From the NCBI GenBank assembly GCA_963721455.1, contig CAVRJG010000021.1, positions 252 through 64,251 of the forward strand: DNA of 64,000 nt, read 5' to 3'. Source of the DNA: an uncultured Methanosarcinaceae archaeon. GTDB taxonomy: Archaea > Halobacteriota > Methanosarcinia > Methanosarcinales > Methanosarcinaceae. Below the pieces are notes generated by a model that had not been told where the DNA came from, searched no databases, and saw nothing but the letters and a program-made list of their open reading frames with translations. Positions 49,993 through 61,166 of this stretch are shown piece by piece. The translations under genes were made by a program, and so were the position numbers. The number at the start of each line of letters is the position of its first letter. The first letter of the stretch is position 1.

Positions 49993-50460
49993 TTGAACAA
50001 AAAAAGTTTGATGTATCCCGGTGCTCTTCTTTTCCTGTTTCTTATAGCATTTTTAATCTTCAAAGGGCAAAAAAAGGAGGCCCCTTCTGGATTTGTGAAT
50101 GTAAGTGTCGAAGAGGCCAGGGGAATGATTGAAAAAGCCGACGTATTCGTGCTTGATGTTCGCACGCCTGCTGAGTTTAACTCATCACATATCAAAGGGG
50201 CAAACCTGATCCCTGTAAGAAATGCCTCTGGATCAAATCTGAATCCGGACCTCCTGCTTGAGGCTCGCATAAATGAAGTCCCTAAAAATAAAAAAGTACT
50301 GGTTTACTGCAGAACAGGACGCCGAAGTGATGCAGCAAGCACGATCCTTGCAAATGCAGGATATTCTCAGGTATATAATATGGCAGGAGGTATCACTTCC
50401 TGGATAGATACAGGTTATCCGGTTGTAAGTTCACAGGATCAGGAGAACAAGAGCCCATAA
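49993..50460 (+). CDS. membrane-anchored rhodanese-like protein
   Basis: VLDVRTPAEFNSSHIKGA, VYCRTGRRS, NMAGGITSW; N-terminal TM. Confidence 0.9.
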   Translation: MNKKSLMYPGALLFLFLIAFLIFKGQKKEAPSGFVNVSVEEARGMIEKADVFVLDVRTPAEFNSSHIKGANLIPVRNASGSNLNPDLLLEARINEVPKNKKVLVYCRTGRRSDAASTILANAGYSQVYNMAGGITSWIDTGYPVVSSQDQENKSP

Positions 50461-50851
50461 CATTCAAGCCTGTGGCCGAGCCCCTCTAATCTCAAAGCAC
50501 AATTGGTCATTCTTCCTACCGAAAGATGCGAACAATATGAACGGCTTTTCCTTAATTAAATTTTATTTTTTAACAGTATTAGGGTATATATTACGGAATA
50601 TGATACACTTTCACAGTTCTGGCAGTCCTTTCGGACAACGCACTGAAAAGCCACAATTTTACTGGCGCAGCTCTGCTGTCTCAACTCAGGCGGGTTTCAT
50701 TTCTATTTGAAACCAGTTAAGTTGACTGCAATCATTTTTTTGAATTCCGGTGCAGTAGCCTCTGCAACTATTCTCTATTCGTCCTATAATTGAAAAGCCT
50801 TTTATGCTCTAAAGCCAAAATCTAAAATGGAATCCTATTTGGAGTACCAAC

Positions 50852-51238
50852 ATGGGGGATAATATGGAGAAAGGTAAAGGCACAACAGGTGAAGAAAACC
50901 GCTCAACAGCGACGGGCAGAGGTACAGACTTTAAAGTCCCTTATTCACGGGCAAACGTTAACAGGTGCAGATGCCCGCAGTGTCCGGTCCAGGCAGACAG
51001 TAAGTGTGCACAGGACAAAATTCAGAACTTAAAAACGGTAATGGAAAATGTTTCTGGAGAAGGAGTCCCGAATCCCGAGGACGTTCCGGGAGTCTATTGC
51101 TCAACAGGCAAAGCCACCTGCAAGGATCTTAACCCTGACAGATCATGCATTTGTAACACATGTGATGTCTGGAAAGAGTACGCTCTCGGAAAAGGAAAAC
51201 CAGTGATGTATTTCTGCAAGAACGGCAAGGCAGCCTGA
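50852..51238 (+). CDS. Cys-rich DUF2769-type protein
   Basis: CRCPQCPVQ...YCSTGK..C...CICNTC...YFC..G.A. Confidence 0.8.
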   Translation: MGDNMEKGKGTTGEENRSTATGRGTDFKVPYSRANVNRCRCPQCPVQADSKCAQDKIQNLKTVMENVSGEGVPNPEDVPGVYCSTGKATCKDLNPDRSCICNTCDVWKEYALGKGKPVMYFCKNGKAA

Positions 51239-51519
51239 TTTTTTTCAGGGTAGTAGTAGCTTTTTTATACCATACTATCATCTTTTTAGAAAATAGCTCA
51301 AAACTTCTCTAAAATTCTTTTTTTTCAATAAGATCCCTATTTAATACTTATTTTCTTACCTCAACCTTTACATTTTGACAGTTTACTCTAAGCGTATTTT
51401 AAATGATTTGATTTGACGGTTTATTTTTATGATTTATTTTAACGATCTGTTTGATAATTTATTTTGCCTGTTCTTTGAAATTCTAAGCCTCTTCTGATAG
51501 TTCCTGCTCTTGAATTCAG

Positions 51520-51895
51520 TCTTTACCCGCGATACGACTTTGAAGTTACAGTCGCAGGAGCATTCCTGACATTACCTGGCACAGGACTAAGAGCCTGGAG
51601 CATGTGGACACCGGGTAAATACTTCTCTGTCCATATCGAGATTAAAAATAACCATCAGCTAATTGAAAGCGGCTCCTATAAATTCACAAGGCACCCGGCT
51701 TATGCAGGAAACATATGGCAGGCTGTAGGTATTCCTCTCATCCTGAACGCTTACTTTTCCCTGGGTACATCGGCAGTGCTTATTTTCCTGTTTTTATACA
51801 GATTGATGTTCGAAGAAGAGATCCTTATCCGGAAAACCAAAGGTTATGGGGATTATGTAAAGAGGACAAAAAGGCTAATTCCTAAAGTATGGTAA
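51520..51895 (+). pseudogene. 5'-truncated ICMT-family methyltransferase
   Basis: HQLIESGSYKFTRHPAY, EEEIL..Y..Y..RTKRLIP; upstream frame closed by TGA, no N-terminal half. Confidence 0.65.
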
Positions 51896-52321
51896 GCGCA
51901 AAGTACGGTAAACCCGGATGCGGCGTAGAAACCGAAAAATGGTATTAGTTTGCATCACGGAGGGCAAAACCCTGAAAACCGTAAGTTCCTCCTGGCAATC
52001 CCTCTTGAATATTTTATCTCAATTCTACACCTTCTACATAATAAATTTATTTATCTTAAATTTTTCAGTCCTTATATTTAATAATTTATTTTATCCTCTT
52101 ATTTTCATTTAGCTCTAAGAACATTACTCAAATTTATAAACCTGGGATTTCTACCGAAAATTCTATATCTCTTAATAAATATTTATTGACATACAGTCAC
52201 TTAATAGGTTTGGAGCGGGTGAGTATAAGTGTTTACATATCATGCTCAGGTTTATCGTTACCTCTTTAAGATTTCAGGAAACCTAAAAATCTTTATTCTG
52301 ACTTCTGGAGGGGCGAAATAA

Positions 52322-54340
52322 ATGGTATCTTCTTTACTGGCAAACGTTGATGTAATTCTTGGCTTTGCCGTTTTAATTCTTACTATCTTCTACAGATTTG
52401 AAGTCCCTCCTGTACTGGGCTTTCTTGTAACCGGAATGTTGATCGGGCCATATGGGCTCGAGATTCTTAACGGAGGGCAGAATGTGGAACTGAATGCCGA
52501 GCTCGGTATAATCTTTCTGCTTTTTACGATAGGGGTTGACCTTTCCTTAAAAGAACTCTGGAAAATGAAAAAAGCCGTCATGCTGGGGGGAACTCTCCAA
52601 ATCCTCTTAACGACAGTGCTGGTTCTCATCGCATGCTCATTTCTAGGTTTCAGCTCCGCTACTTCTGCCTTTCTCGGTTTCTTGATTTCACTTAGCAGTA
52701 CTGCAATAGTACTCAAAGTCCTTCAGGAAAGAAACGAAGTCTATACCCCGCATGGGAAAACCTCGCTTGCAATTCTTATATTTCAGGACCTCGCTATCGT
52801 GCCTCTTATCCTGATCACCCCGCTGCTGGCCGGGAGTTCTGTGAATTTCGAAGGTTCTCTTTCAACCATTTTTCTCAAAGGCTCGCTGATTATTCTGGTT
52901 TTCATCCTGAGTGCCAAATTCCTGGTTCCCTGGATATTCTACCATGTGGGCAGGACAGGCAACAAAGAACTATTCCTTGTCAGCGTTGTTTTCATCTGCC
53001 TGTCTACCGCTCTCTTTACCTCGAGTATCGGGCTGTCTCTCGCCCTGGGCGCCTTTTTAGCCGGGATTGTCATATCAGGTTCCCAGTACAGCCAGCAGGC
53101 GATGGGCAATATAATACCTTTAAGAGACATGTTCATGAGTTTCTTTTTTGTGTCAATAGGCATGCTCCTGGACACCGGGTATTTACTTGATCATCTTCCT
53201 GTTCTGATTCTTGCATCAATTGCCCTCATTCTCGTAAAAGCGATAGCCGGGGTAGCTATAACCTTCGGTCTCGGGTATCCCCTCCGTACTGCTATACTAA
53301 CAGGGCTTGCACTTTCGCAGGTGGGGGAATTCTCTTTTGTGCTTTCCAGGCTAGGGGTGGAGTATTTAATCCTGACAGAGGAGACTTACCAGGCATTTCT
53401 TGCAGTCTCTATCATCACTATGGGAGTTACGCCCTTTTTGATTAACGCTTCCTACAAGCCTGCCGATTTCCTTGTTAAAAAGGTTTCAGGCACGGCTTAC
53501 GGCATGAAACTGGTACACGGCCTCTACTCGGAACCCATCGAAGAAGAGAAAGAAGCCGAGCCCGAGATAAAAGACCACCTTATCATCGCGGGGTTCGGTT
53601 TTTCCGGAAGGACAGTCTCGAAGGCTGCAAAAACCGCAGGCATCCCTTACATTATCGTAGACGTAAACCCTGAAACTGTTAAGCAGGAAAAAATGAAAGG
53701 GGAAAAAATACACTATGGAGATGCGACATTTGGGGCTGTACTGGAACATGCAGGCATCAAGAATGCAAGAGTTCTTATTATCGGGATCTCTGATGCTGCC
53801 GCCACAGGGAAAATAGTAGAGACTGCAAAGCAGGTGAATCCGAACATCTGCATCATCGCAAAGGTGCGGGATTTGCAGGAAATGAGACGCCTCAATGCCC
53901 TGGGTGCGGATGAAATTATCCCCGAAGAATACGAAACGTCAGTAGAAATCTTTGTCCGCTTGCTGGAAAAGTATCTGGTTCCGAGAGACGATATCGAAAA
54001 ACTGGTAAATGATGTGCGGGCTAATGGATACAAGATGCTGCGGAAATTGTCCGTTAATACAAGTATTGATAGCGGATTCAGCATAAAGGACGGGCTTCAG
54101 GGAGTCGATATCCAGGTCCTTAAAGTAGGAAGCGGCTCAAGTTTCGACGGAAAAACCCTTGCAGACCTGGATTTCAGGAAAAAGCACGGAGTGACAGTAC
54201 TTTCTATTCGGAGGGGCTCGGATATAGTCTACACTCCAGAAGGCACTTTCCTCCTTCAGGCAAAAGATGCCTGCATCCTCCTGGGAAAACCCGAAGACCT
54301 TTACGGTGTCAGAAGGTTCTTTGAAAGTGTCCACGGATAA
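52322..54340 (+). CDS. Kef-type K+/H+ antiporter (CPA2) with RCK-N and RCK-C domains
   Basis: AELGIIFLLFTIG, SLSSTAIVLK, ILIFQDLA, HLIIAGFG, HYGDAT, C-terminal VLSIRRG. Confidence 0.93.
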   Translation: MVSSLLANVDVILGFAVLILTIFYRFEVPPVLGFLVTGMLIGPYGLEILNGGQNVELNAELGIIFLLFTIGVDLSLKELWKMKKAVMLGGTLQILLTTVLVLIACSFLGFSSATSAFLGFLISLSSTAIVLKVLQERNEVYTPHGKTSLAILIFQDLAIVPLILITPLLAGSSVNFEGSLSTIFLKGSLIILVFILSAKFLVPWIFYHVGRTGNKELFLVSVVFICLSTALFTSSIGLSLALGAFLAGIVISGSQYSQQAMGNIIPLRDMFMSFFFVSIGMLLDTGYLLDHLPVLILASIALILVKAIAGVAITFGLGYPLRTAILTGLALSQVGEFSFVLSRLGVEYLILTEETYQAFLAVSIITMGVTPFLINASYKPADFLVKKVSGTAYGMKLVHGLYSEPIEEEKEAEPEIKDHLIIAGFGFSGRTVSKAAKTAGIPYIIVDVNPETVKQEKMKGEKIHYGDATFGAVLEHAGIKNARVLIIGISDAAATGKIVETAKQVNPNICIIAKVRDLQEMRRLNALGADEIIPEEYETSVEIFVRLLEKYLVPRDDIEKLVNDVRANGYKMLRKLSVNTSIDSGFSIKDGLQGVDIQVLKVGSGSSFDGKTLADLDFRKKHGVTVLSIRRGSDIVYTPEGTFLLQAKDACILLGKPEDLYGVRRFFESVHG

Positions 54341-54417
54341 ACGCCACTTCCCCTTAATTTTTTATTTATGCCTGTCTATGCAATACAAATATATCCCATC
54401 CATCCTGACTTTTTTCC

Positions 54418-55005
54418 ATGCGTCAGATTATTCTCGCGTCTGCATCCCCAAGGCGAAAAGAACTGCTTGAACAGTTGATAGGAAATAACTTCCTTGTCTA
54501 TGCCAGTTCCTACGGGGAGGCTCCTCATCCTGGCCTGAGCCCTGAAGAGCTTCTCATTAAGCATTCCGTTGAAAAAGCAAGGGATGTGGCTAAACATTTC
54601 GATTCAGGGCTTGTAATTTCTGCTGATACGTCTGTGCTTTTCAACGGAGAGCTTCTGGGAAAGCCGCACTCTCCCGAAAAGGCAGAAGAAATGCTGGAAA
54701 AGCTAAGCGGACAGAGATTCAGGGTTGTAACCGGGCTTACAGTTCTTGACCTTGACAGCGGGAAGGAAATCAGCGAACTGGAGTCCACTACTGTCTGGAT
54801 GGCTGAAATAAGCAAAGAACAGATTTCAGCTTATGTCAGGACAGGAGAGCCTCTTGATAAAGCAGGGGCTTTTGCTGCTCAGGGGAAAGGGGCAGTGCTT
54901 GTGGAAAGAATCGAGGGAGATTTCTTTAATGCTGTAGGCCTTCCTCTTTTCCGGCTGGGAAAGATACTGCAGAGAGTTGGAGTGTCTGTATTTGAGGAAG
55001 GTTAA
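54418..55005 (+). CDS. maf: Maf-family nucleotide pyrophosphatase
   Basis: [38 protein letters not shown]. Confidence 0.93.
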   Translation: MRQIILASASPRRKELLEQLIGNNFLVYASSYGEAPHPGLSPEELLIKHSVEKARDVAKHFDSGLVISADTSVLFNGELLGKPHSPEKAEEMLEKLSGQRFRVVTGLTVLDLDSGKEISELESTTVWMAEISKEQISAYVRTGEPLDKAGAFAAQGKGAVLVERIEGDFFNAVGLPLFRLGKILQRVGVSVFEEG

Positions 55006-55255
55006 TCCTGAATTCTACTGATCTTTTAGTTTTTCCGGCCTGCTGATCTTTTAGTTTTTCCGGCCTGCTTGCCTTTTTACTAATTTCCTTTGCTTTCAAT
55101 TTGCTTCCGTATAAATATCTCCGGAGAGGCGGCGAAAGTAATAAAGAGTCTCTGACCAATTAGGTAACAATAAGCGAATTCAAGTGACTCTAAATGAATT
55201 GAGTTTCATTTTAGCAGGTATTTCAGGCATTTTAATGTCCAGAGGCGTTCCGGAG

Positions 55256-56677
55256 ATGCTCCAGGTTTACAATACTCTCACAAGAAAGAAAGAGGTTTTC
55301 AAATCCTTGAAGGAAGGCGAAGTCTCGATTTACGCCTGCGGGCCTACAGTCTACAATATGCCGCATATAGGTAATTATCGAACCTTCCTGATGACGGACA
55401 ATATTGTGAGAACCCTCGAATACCTGGGGTATAAAGTAAAGCTTGTAATGAATATTACTGACATAGATGACAAAACTATCAGGGATTCAAAAGCAGCCGG
55501 AATGTCTCTTAAGGATTTTACGGACAAATACACGGCAGAATTCTTAAAAGGCCTTGATATGCTGAATATAAAAAGAGCTTCAGCATACCCGAAGGCTACG
55601 GAAAATGTTGACGGCATGATCGAACTTGCGCAGAAGCTCATAGATAAGGGGCTGGCTTACGAAAAAGGGGGTTCGGTCTATTACAGGATTTCAGGGTTCC
55701 CGGACTACGGCAAGCTTTCAAAGATCGATTTTGACAACATTATAATTGGCGCATCGGTGGATGTGGACGAATATGATAAAGACAATCCCCGTGATTTCGC
55801 ACTTCTAAAAGCTTCAACCCCTGAGGAAATCAAAAGGGGAATTTTTTATGAAAGCCAGTGGGGAAAAATCCGTCCGGGCTGGCATATTGAGTGTTCGGTA
55901 ATGGCTATGAACAGCTTTGGGCCGACCCTGGACATTCATACAGGAGGCGTGGACCTTATCTTCCCTCACCATGAAAACGAAATAGCCCAGTCCGAAGGGG
56001 CAACCGGAAAACCCTTTGTATGTAATTGGGTTCATGGAGAACACCTGATAGTCGAAGGGGAGAAGATGAGCAAGTCCAAAGGAAACGTCTTCACGCTGCC
56101 CGAGATTGTCGGGAAGTACGGCGGGGAGGTTGTCCGCTTTATGTTTCTTTCAGTCCACTACCGGAAAAAGCTGGACTATTCCGATGCCTTTGCAGAAAAC
56201 GCAAAAAATAATTATCTGCGGTTTAAAGAGACTCTCGATAACCTTGAGTTTGCCCTGGAAAGCGCAGAAGATGCATCTTATTCCGAAGACGGTGAAGCCC
56301 TTAAAGCCCTTCCTGAACTTGAAACTCAGTTCAGGGGAGCTCTGGAGGACGATTTTAATACCCCTAAAGCCATAACGGTTTTCAGGGACCTTTCCCGCAC
56401 AGCCAACAGGTACCTTGAAAGCGGGAAAAATAGACCGGTTCTAGGAAAGCTCCATTCCCTTTACAGGCAGTTTTCGGATGTTCTGGGTCTCTTTGCAGAA
56501 ACCGGAGAAGAGAAACTCCCTGAAGAAGTAATGATATTTGTCGAAGAACGTGAAGCTGCCCGAAAAAAGAAAGAATGGGCAATTTCAGATGCTCTCAGGG
56601 AGAAAATAAAGTCGCTTGGTTATATCGTACAGGATACAAAAGAAGGACAGAATGTGAAAAAAATCGAGGGGAGTTAA
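55256..56677 (+). CDS. cysS: cysteinyl-tRNA synthetase
   Basis: [35 protein letters not shown]-like, [15 protein letters not shown]. Confidence 0.96.
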   Translation: MLQVYNTLTRKKEVFKSLKEGEVSIYACGPTVYNMPHIGNYRTFLMTDNIVRTLEYLGYKVKLVMNITDIDDKTIRDSKAAGMSLKDFTDKYTAEFLKGLDMLNIKRASAYPKATENVDGMIELAQKLIDKGLAYEKGGSVYYRISGFPDYGKLSKIDFDNIIIGASVDVDEYDKDNPRDFALLKASTPEEIKRGIFYESQWGKIRPGWHIECSVMAMNSFGPTLDIHTGGVDLIFPHHENEIAQSEGATGKPFVCNWVHGEHLIVEGEKMSKSKGNVFTLPEIVGKYGGEVVRFMFLSVHYRKKLDYSDAFAENAKNNYLRFKETLDNLEFALESAEDASYSEDGEALKALPELETQFRGALEDDFNTPKAITVFRDLSRTANRYLESGKNRPVLGKLHSLYRQFSDVLGLFAETGEEKLPEEVMIFVEEREAARKKKEWAISDALREKIKSLGYIVQDTKEGQNVKKIEGS

Positions 56678-56774
56678 GAAGCGCGTTTCGTTGAAACAGG
56701 CATAGCGTATAAATCAGGAATCACAACTACCCATGAGTATCAGGTTTTTGTACTTATCTGACCCTATTTCCGGG

Positions 56775-57632
56775 TTAAAGTTTCAGATCCGGATTTTCTT
56801 CTTTTCTTGAGGTTTTCCCATAAGTTTCCTGCATTGGGGAATATTGAAGTGAAGAATATATTTCGTTCAAACCCTGCAGGATTTTAAATCCTTTTTCAGT
56901 AATCATATAGTCTCCTCTTTCGTGCTGCTGCAGGATCAGTCCGCTGTCCGTGAGTTTCTGGAGATGGAAAAGCAGGTTTCCCCCTCTGAGGCCTGTAAGT
57001 TCGGAAAAGCCCGAGAAACTTTTTGTTTCGAAGGCTACTGCTCTAAGAATTTCAAGACGCTGATTGTTTAAAATCGGCTCAAGGATCTCGCTCATAATCA
57101 CACCGGTTTTAAGGGCTGAAATATCGGATTTATGTTCCTGATTATCTGCGTAAATTCTCATAGAACGCATGAGGTTGACCTGTTTAATAAATAAGCTTGA
57201 AACTTCGGAAAAGCACTGCTCACATTTTCCGTAAGGCGCTTCGCATCTCAGTTCCTCCATCTTTTTCCTGTTGTTCGAAATTAGTGTCTCCTCTACTTTG
57301 CTTTGTTTTATAAGCCCTGCATTCTGCTGCAGGAGAGCTGTAAATCCAGAAATGCAATTTTTCTTTTCAGGACATTTTTTCACCATATTTCGTTCAAGTC
57401 CTGTCTCAATATCTCCGAAAAGGTGATTGAGTAGGACGTTTAAGTACTCCTGCCTTGAACTTTCAAGAGCAGCTTCGAAACGCAGTTTATTGGAGTATTC
57501 CATAACTTTTTTAATATCGATGTGCATTTCGGAAAGTTTTTCCCGGATAGCCTTTATTTCCGTCATCTCCTGAGCTTCAGACGTTCCAGAACTTTCAGGA
57601 GCATTTCCCTTTTCTTTGCTTACATCTTTCAT
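56775..57632 (-). CDS. winged-helix transcriptional regulator (Methanosarcina-type ArsR)
   Basis: C-terminal RLEIL...SFSGFSELTGLRGGNLLFHLQKL..GLI..YMIT.KG. Confidence 0.8.
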   Translation of the reverse strand: MKDVSKEKGNAPESSGTSEAQEMTEIKAIREKLSEMHIDIKKVMEYSNKLRFEAALESSRQEYLNVLLNHLFGDIETGLERNMVKKCPEKKNCISGFTALLQQNAGLIKQSKVEETLISNNRKKMEELRCEAPYGKCEQCFSEVSSLFIKQVNLMRSMRIYADNQEHKSDISALKTGVIMSEILEPILNNQRLEILRAVAFETKSFSGFSELTGLRGGNLLFHLQKLTDSGLILQQHERGDYMITEKGFKILQGLNEIYSSLQYSPMQETYGKTSRKEENPDLKL

Positions 57633-57819
57633 ACTTTCATATCTTCCGGCTTTATTTTTAAAGTTTCTGTCATAACTTTAAAGGTCATTCAGATGTATAT
57701 TTTTATAAAGACACTGCAATTCATTTAGTATATTTTTATGCCGATTAATTATAAATCAATGATTAATATATTAATAATGGGCTAGGGGCCCGGGATTAGA
57801 AAAGAAGAGGTGAAATGAT

Positions 57820-57942
57820 ATGGTAAAATGTGGAATTTGCGGAGGAGAAGCTCCCAAGCAGCCCGGCATTACCGAAGAGGGTAAATGCGACATTTGCGGG
57901 AAGAAGGTCACTCTCGCAGAAGAAAAGAAGCAGGAAAGATGA
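57820..57942 (+). CDS. 40-aa CxxC...CxxC zinc-finger microprotein (not in ORF track)
   Basis: GAGGTGA RBS; MVKCGICGGEAPKQPGITEEGKCDICGKKVTLAEEKKQER*. Confidence 0.75.
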   Translation: MVKCGICGGEAPKQPGITEEGKCDICGKKVTLAEEKKQER

Positions 57943-58187
57943 ATAAATAACTGAAATGTACCTTAATTAACTGGCACATCGCCTTGAAAAAGAACTTTAC
58001 AGCAATTCTTACCTTTGAAAAGGGGGGTGATGATTGCTTTTTCTTTTCAGGTTCTCTTTTCATAATATAAAGACCTTGTTTTTAAGCCACTCACATTTTT
58101 AAAAATCTTTATTTGATTTTTTATTTTAACTGTTTTCCTGCGCGGCTACAGAAGGAATAAATAAGTACCATCGGAGGCAAATTAACA

Positions 58188-59123
58188 ATGGTCGGTGGTA
58201 TGAAATCCAAACTTCTTGTCTTTCTACTGGTTCTTTCGCTTGTTGCAAACGCTTATTTTGTCTTGTTTGAAGAACAGCCTTCCTTTGAGGGAGGACAGGT
58301 CAAGGAAATGCAGGCCCGTATAAATATTCTTCAAACGGAAAACGAAAACCTTCAGGCGCAAATAAATCAGAATAATGAGTCGCTTAAGTCTTATGCTTCT
58401 CAGCTGGACTCTTATCGCCAAAAGGTCTTTGAACTTCAGAATAGCACTCAAATGTGTCCAGCGGGCGTGGAAGGGTTTGCTACCCTTCAGGGACCTGCAG
58501 TCTTCCAGACTGTCCAGACAGATCAGTCAGGCCCCTTCATCCGGCAATCAACTTCTAAAAAAGGCGCCCTGCTCAATATTTCGGTTGAGACCAGGCCAGG
58601 AAAAGGCCGAGTGCTCGTCCAGACAACGCCTCTGATGGGCGTGATCTTCCAGGATGCTGCAAACACCGCAGCTTTTGTGGCTGAAAACAAAACCGGGAAG
58701 CAACTGTCAAGCAGTGATATTATCTTCAGTATTACCGCCCCGTATCAAATCCCGGGGGTCGATGGTCCCAGTGCAGGGGCTCTCATGACCCTGCTTACAA
58801 TTTCTGCCATTGATAACAATACAGAATTGAATAACAGTATAACCCTTACAGGCACGATTGACAATGAAGGCAATATCGGCCCCGTAGGGGGAGTTTTCGA
58901 AAAAGCCAGAGCAGCAGAAGCCGGGGGCAAAACTCTCTTCCTTATCCCTGGGGAAAACCGCGAGCTTGTCACATACAGGTATGTAGATAGGAAGTTCGGC
59001 GGCTTTACTGTTACTGAAAGAGTGGCGGAAATAGTAGATGCTAAAGAGTATATCGAGAAAAATGTGGGAATCAAGATCGAATACGTGGATACAATTGAAG
59101 ACGTACTGAGGTATGAGAAGTAA
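58188..59123 (+). CDS. membrane-anchored S16 (Lon C-terminal-like) serine protease
   Basis: VDGPSAG catalytic Ser, ITLTGTI..GNIGPVGGVFEKARAA Lys; N-terminal TM and coiled coil. Confidence 0.88.
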   Translation: MVGGMKSKLLVFLLVLSLVANAYFVLFEEQPSFEGGQVKEMQARINILQTENENLQAQINQNNESLKSYASQLDSYRQKVFELQNSTQMCPAGVEGFATLQGPAVFQTVQTDQSGPFIRQSTSKKGALLNISVETRPGKGRVLVQTTPLMGVIFQDAANTAAFVAENKTGKQLSSSDIIFSITAPYQIPGVDGPSAGALMTLLTISAIDNNTELNNSITLTGTIDNEGNIGPVGGVFEKARAAEAGGKTLFLIPGENRELVTYRYVDRKFGGFTVTERVAEIVDAKEYIEKNVGIKIEYVDTIEDVLRYEK

Positions 59124-59239
59124 GATCGAGAAATCTGAATTTCGACTGAACGTATACTGCGATGCTAATAGTTTTTTCGGGGATCCTTTTTTCCCCGGAG
59201 CTGGCATTTTTTTGTACGGCTGCATGGAACTTTTGCAAA

Positions 59240-59525
59240 TCAGACCGGGAAATCTTCTATTTTCTCAAAAAAATGAATTTCAGGCTTACCGCAGACCCCT
59301 ACTTCTTGCATTCTCTTTTTCAGATCCTCGGATTCTACGAATTTGGTTCCTTTTTCTTTTGTATCCCATTCAAAAAGGATAAAGATGTCATTTGGGTTGT
59401 CCAGGCTGTGGAATAGCTGTCCGTCTTTGCAGCCGGCTTTCCCTCTCGTGGATCCGTGTTCATTAAAAAAGGTTTCCATCTGGAATAATCTTCGACTCGG
59501 TGCTTTATAGCGACATGTACTATAA
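59240..59525 (-). pseudogene. small cyclase/ABM-like protein, frameshifted
   Basis: HRVEDYSRWKP then FFNEHGSTR...DNPNDIFILFEWD in the adjacent frame; 6-T run where 7 would keep frame; apparent start codon reads ATA. Confidence 0.7.
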
Positions 59526-59800
59526 TTATACCCCCATTTTTTGATATAGGGGCTTTAAGAAGACCCTTCTGGCGTTTGAACCAATGAGAATGCCTGTCCC
59601 TATGAGCTTCTTTCCGCATGTCAGGATCAGGCAATGCCCTTCGAATATGTTGTTATGGATATTTGTCCTGCCGTGACAGTCCTTGAAGTAGCCAATTGCT
59701 TCACAGAATTTAAAATTTTTTGAATTGAGCAATTCTTTGTGATCTGGAGTTTTATTGCACAGGAATACCTGGGGCATTGAAGCTGCCCATAAGCTTTAAG
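59526..59800 (-). pseudogene. degenerate GNAT-like fragment
   Basis: LIGTGILIGSNARRVFLKPLYQ resembles a GNAT motif A segment; no intact N-terminus. Confidence 0.35.
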
Positions 59801-59951
59801 GCCAGCTATTTTCTACGATCTCCATTTTATATCACCGATTTTATTTATATTGCGTAAAGTATATCTCCGCAGGCGTTGAAGATTGAGACTATCTGATAGC
59901 TGCCTGCCTGGCGTGCATTTTTAAATCCTGAAAAACAACCCTTTGTCGATT

Positions 59952-60812
59952 ATGCTACCCGAAATCATACCTATTATTGAAGAGCCTGCTCTCATGGTGA
60001 CTAACACCGAAACTTCGCTGGTAGTTGCCGACATCCATCTCGGGATCGAGTGGGATCTGTACAGGAGCGGGATCAATTTGCCCAGCCAGATGAAAGAACG
60101 GCTGGACAGGATTCTGGGCTATATCCAGGCAAATTGTCCTGACAGGATAATACTTCTGGGGGATGTAAAGCATAATGTTCCTCAGGTTTCCTTGCAGGAG
60201 AAAGATGAAATTCCTCGTTTTCTTGAAACGCTTGCTGAATATGCACATGTGGATATTTTTCCGGGAAACCATGACGGAGGAATCGAGCTTCTTTTCAACA
60301 GGCAAAAGGACATCAGGGTTCACTCTGCACGCGGAGCGGTTCTTGATGGGGTAGGGTATTTCCACGGACATACCTGGCCTGCGCCTGAACTGCTGGCTGC
60401 ATCTCATATAGTCGTCGCCCATAACCATCCTGCTGTCCGTTTTACAGACGCCTTCGGCTATTCAATAGTTGAGCCTTCCTGGATCAGGACAAAGTTCAAT
60501 GCAGATATCCTGAAAGCTCGTTTCGGAAACCTTGATTTTGAAAACCCTGCACAGTGGGCTGATCCTGAAATCTTCGTTATGCCTGCTTTTAACGAGCTTT
60601 GTGGAGGCGTACCTTTCAACGAATCCACTCAGAAAGATCTCCTGGGCCCGACTTTTTCTTCAGGGGGGATTGAACTTGAGGATGCCGAGGTGTACCTGCT
60701 TGACGGGACGAGGCTCGGGCTGCTCAGGAATATACGGAAGCTGCAGCATACAAGGGCTAGAAACAGGACTGCAGGCAGGAGATATAAAAGCTCTGAAAGT
60801 TCCGGCGCATGA
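59952..60812 (+). CDS. metallophosphoesterase (archaeal MPP, Lhr-associated type)
   Basis: VADIHLG, LLGDVKH, FPGNHD, FHGH, AHNHP, MPAFN. Confidence 0.88.
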   Translation: MLPEIIPIIEEPALMVTNTETSLVVADIHLGIEWDLYRSGINLPSQMKERLDRILGYIQANCPDRIILLGDVKHNVPQVSLQEKDEIPRFLETLAEYAHVDIFPGNHDGGIELLFNRQKDIRVHSARGAVLDGVGYFHGHTWPAPELLAASHIVVAHNHPAVRFTDAFGYSIVEPSWIRTKFNADILKARFGNLDFENPAQWADPEIFVMPAFNELCGGVPFNESTQKDLLGPTFSSGGIELEDAEVYLLDGTRLGLLRNIRKLQHTRARNRTAGRRYKSSESSGA

Positions 60813-61044
60813 AGTCTTTTATATTTTGGTTCTTTTTCTCAATGTTTATATAAAATGCATGGTGTATGGAAAAAAATAAATGTCAGGAATCAGGCTTATA
60901 AACAGTCATCGTTCCTGATAATTCGGACCTTCAGCATTCAGCCGCCAGAGCAAGCATAGAATCCATAACTTTCAGGGAGATTCCCCTCTGTTGTGGGTGC
61001 CGGGGCTGATTTGTTGATTATTGATTTATTTATGGCTAATTTAT

Positions 61045-61128
61045 CGATTGATTACTGATTGATTACTGATTGATTGCCGATTGATTACTGATCGGTTACT
61101 GATTGATTACTGATTGATTTACTGATTA
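61045..61128. repeat. 11-bp tandem repeat upstream of lysS
   Basis: GATTGATTACT about 7 imperfect copies. Confidence 0.8.
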
Positions 61129-61166
61129 ATTTATTCGCATTCACCTGAAAAGGATGTACTGATTCG

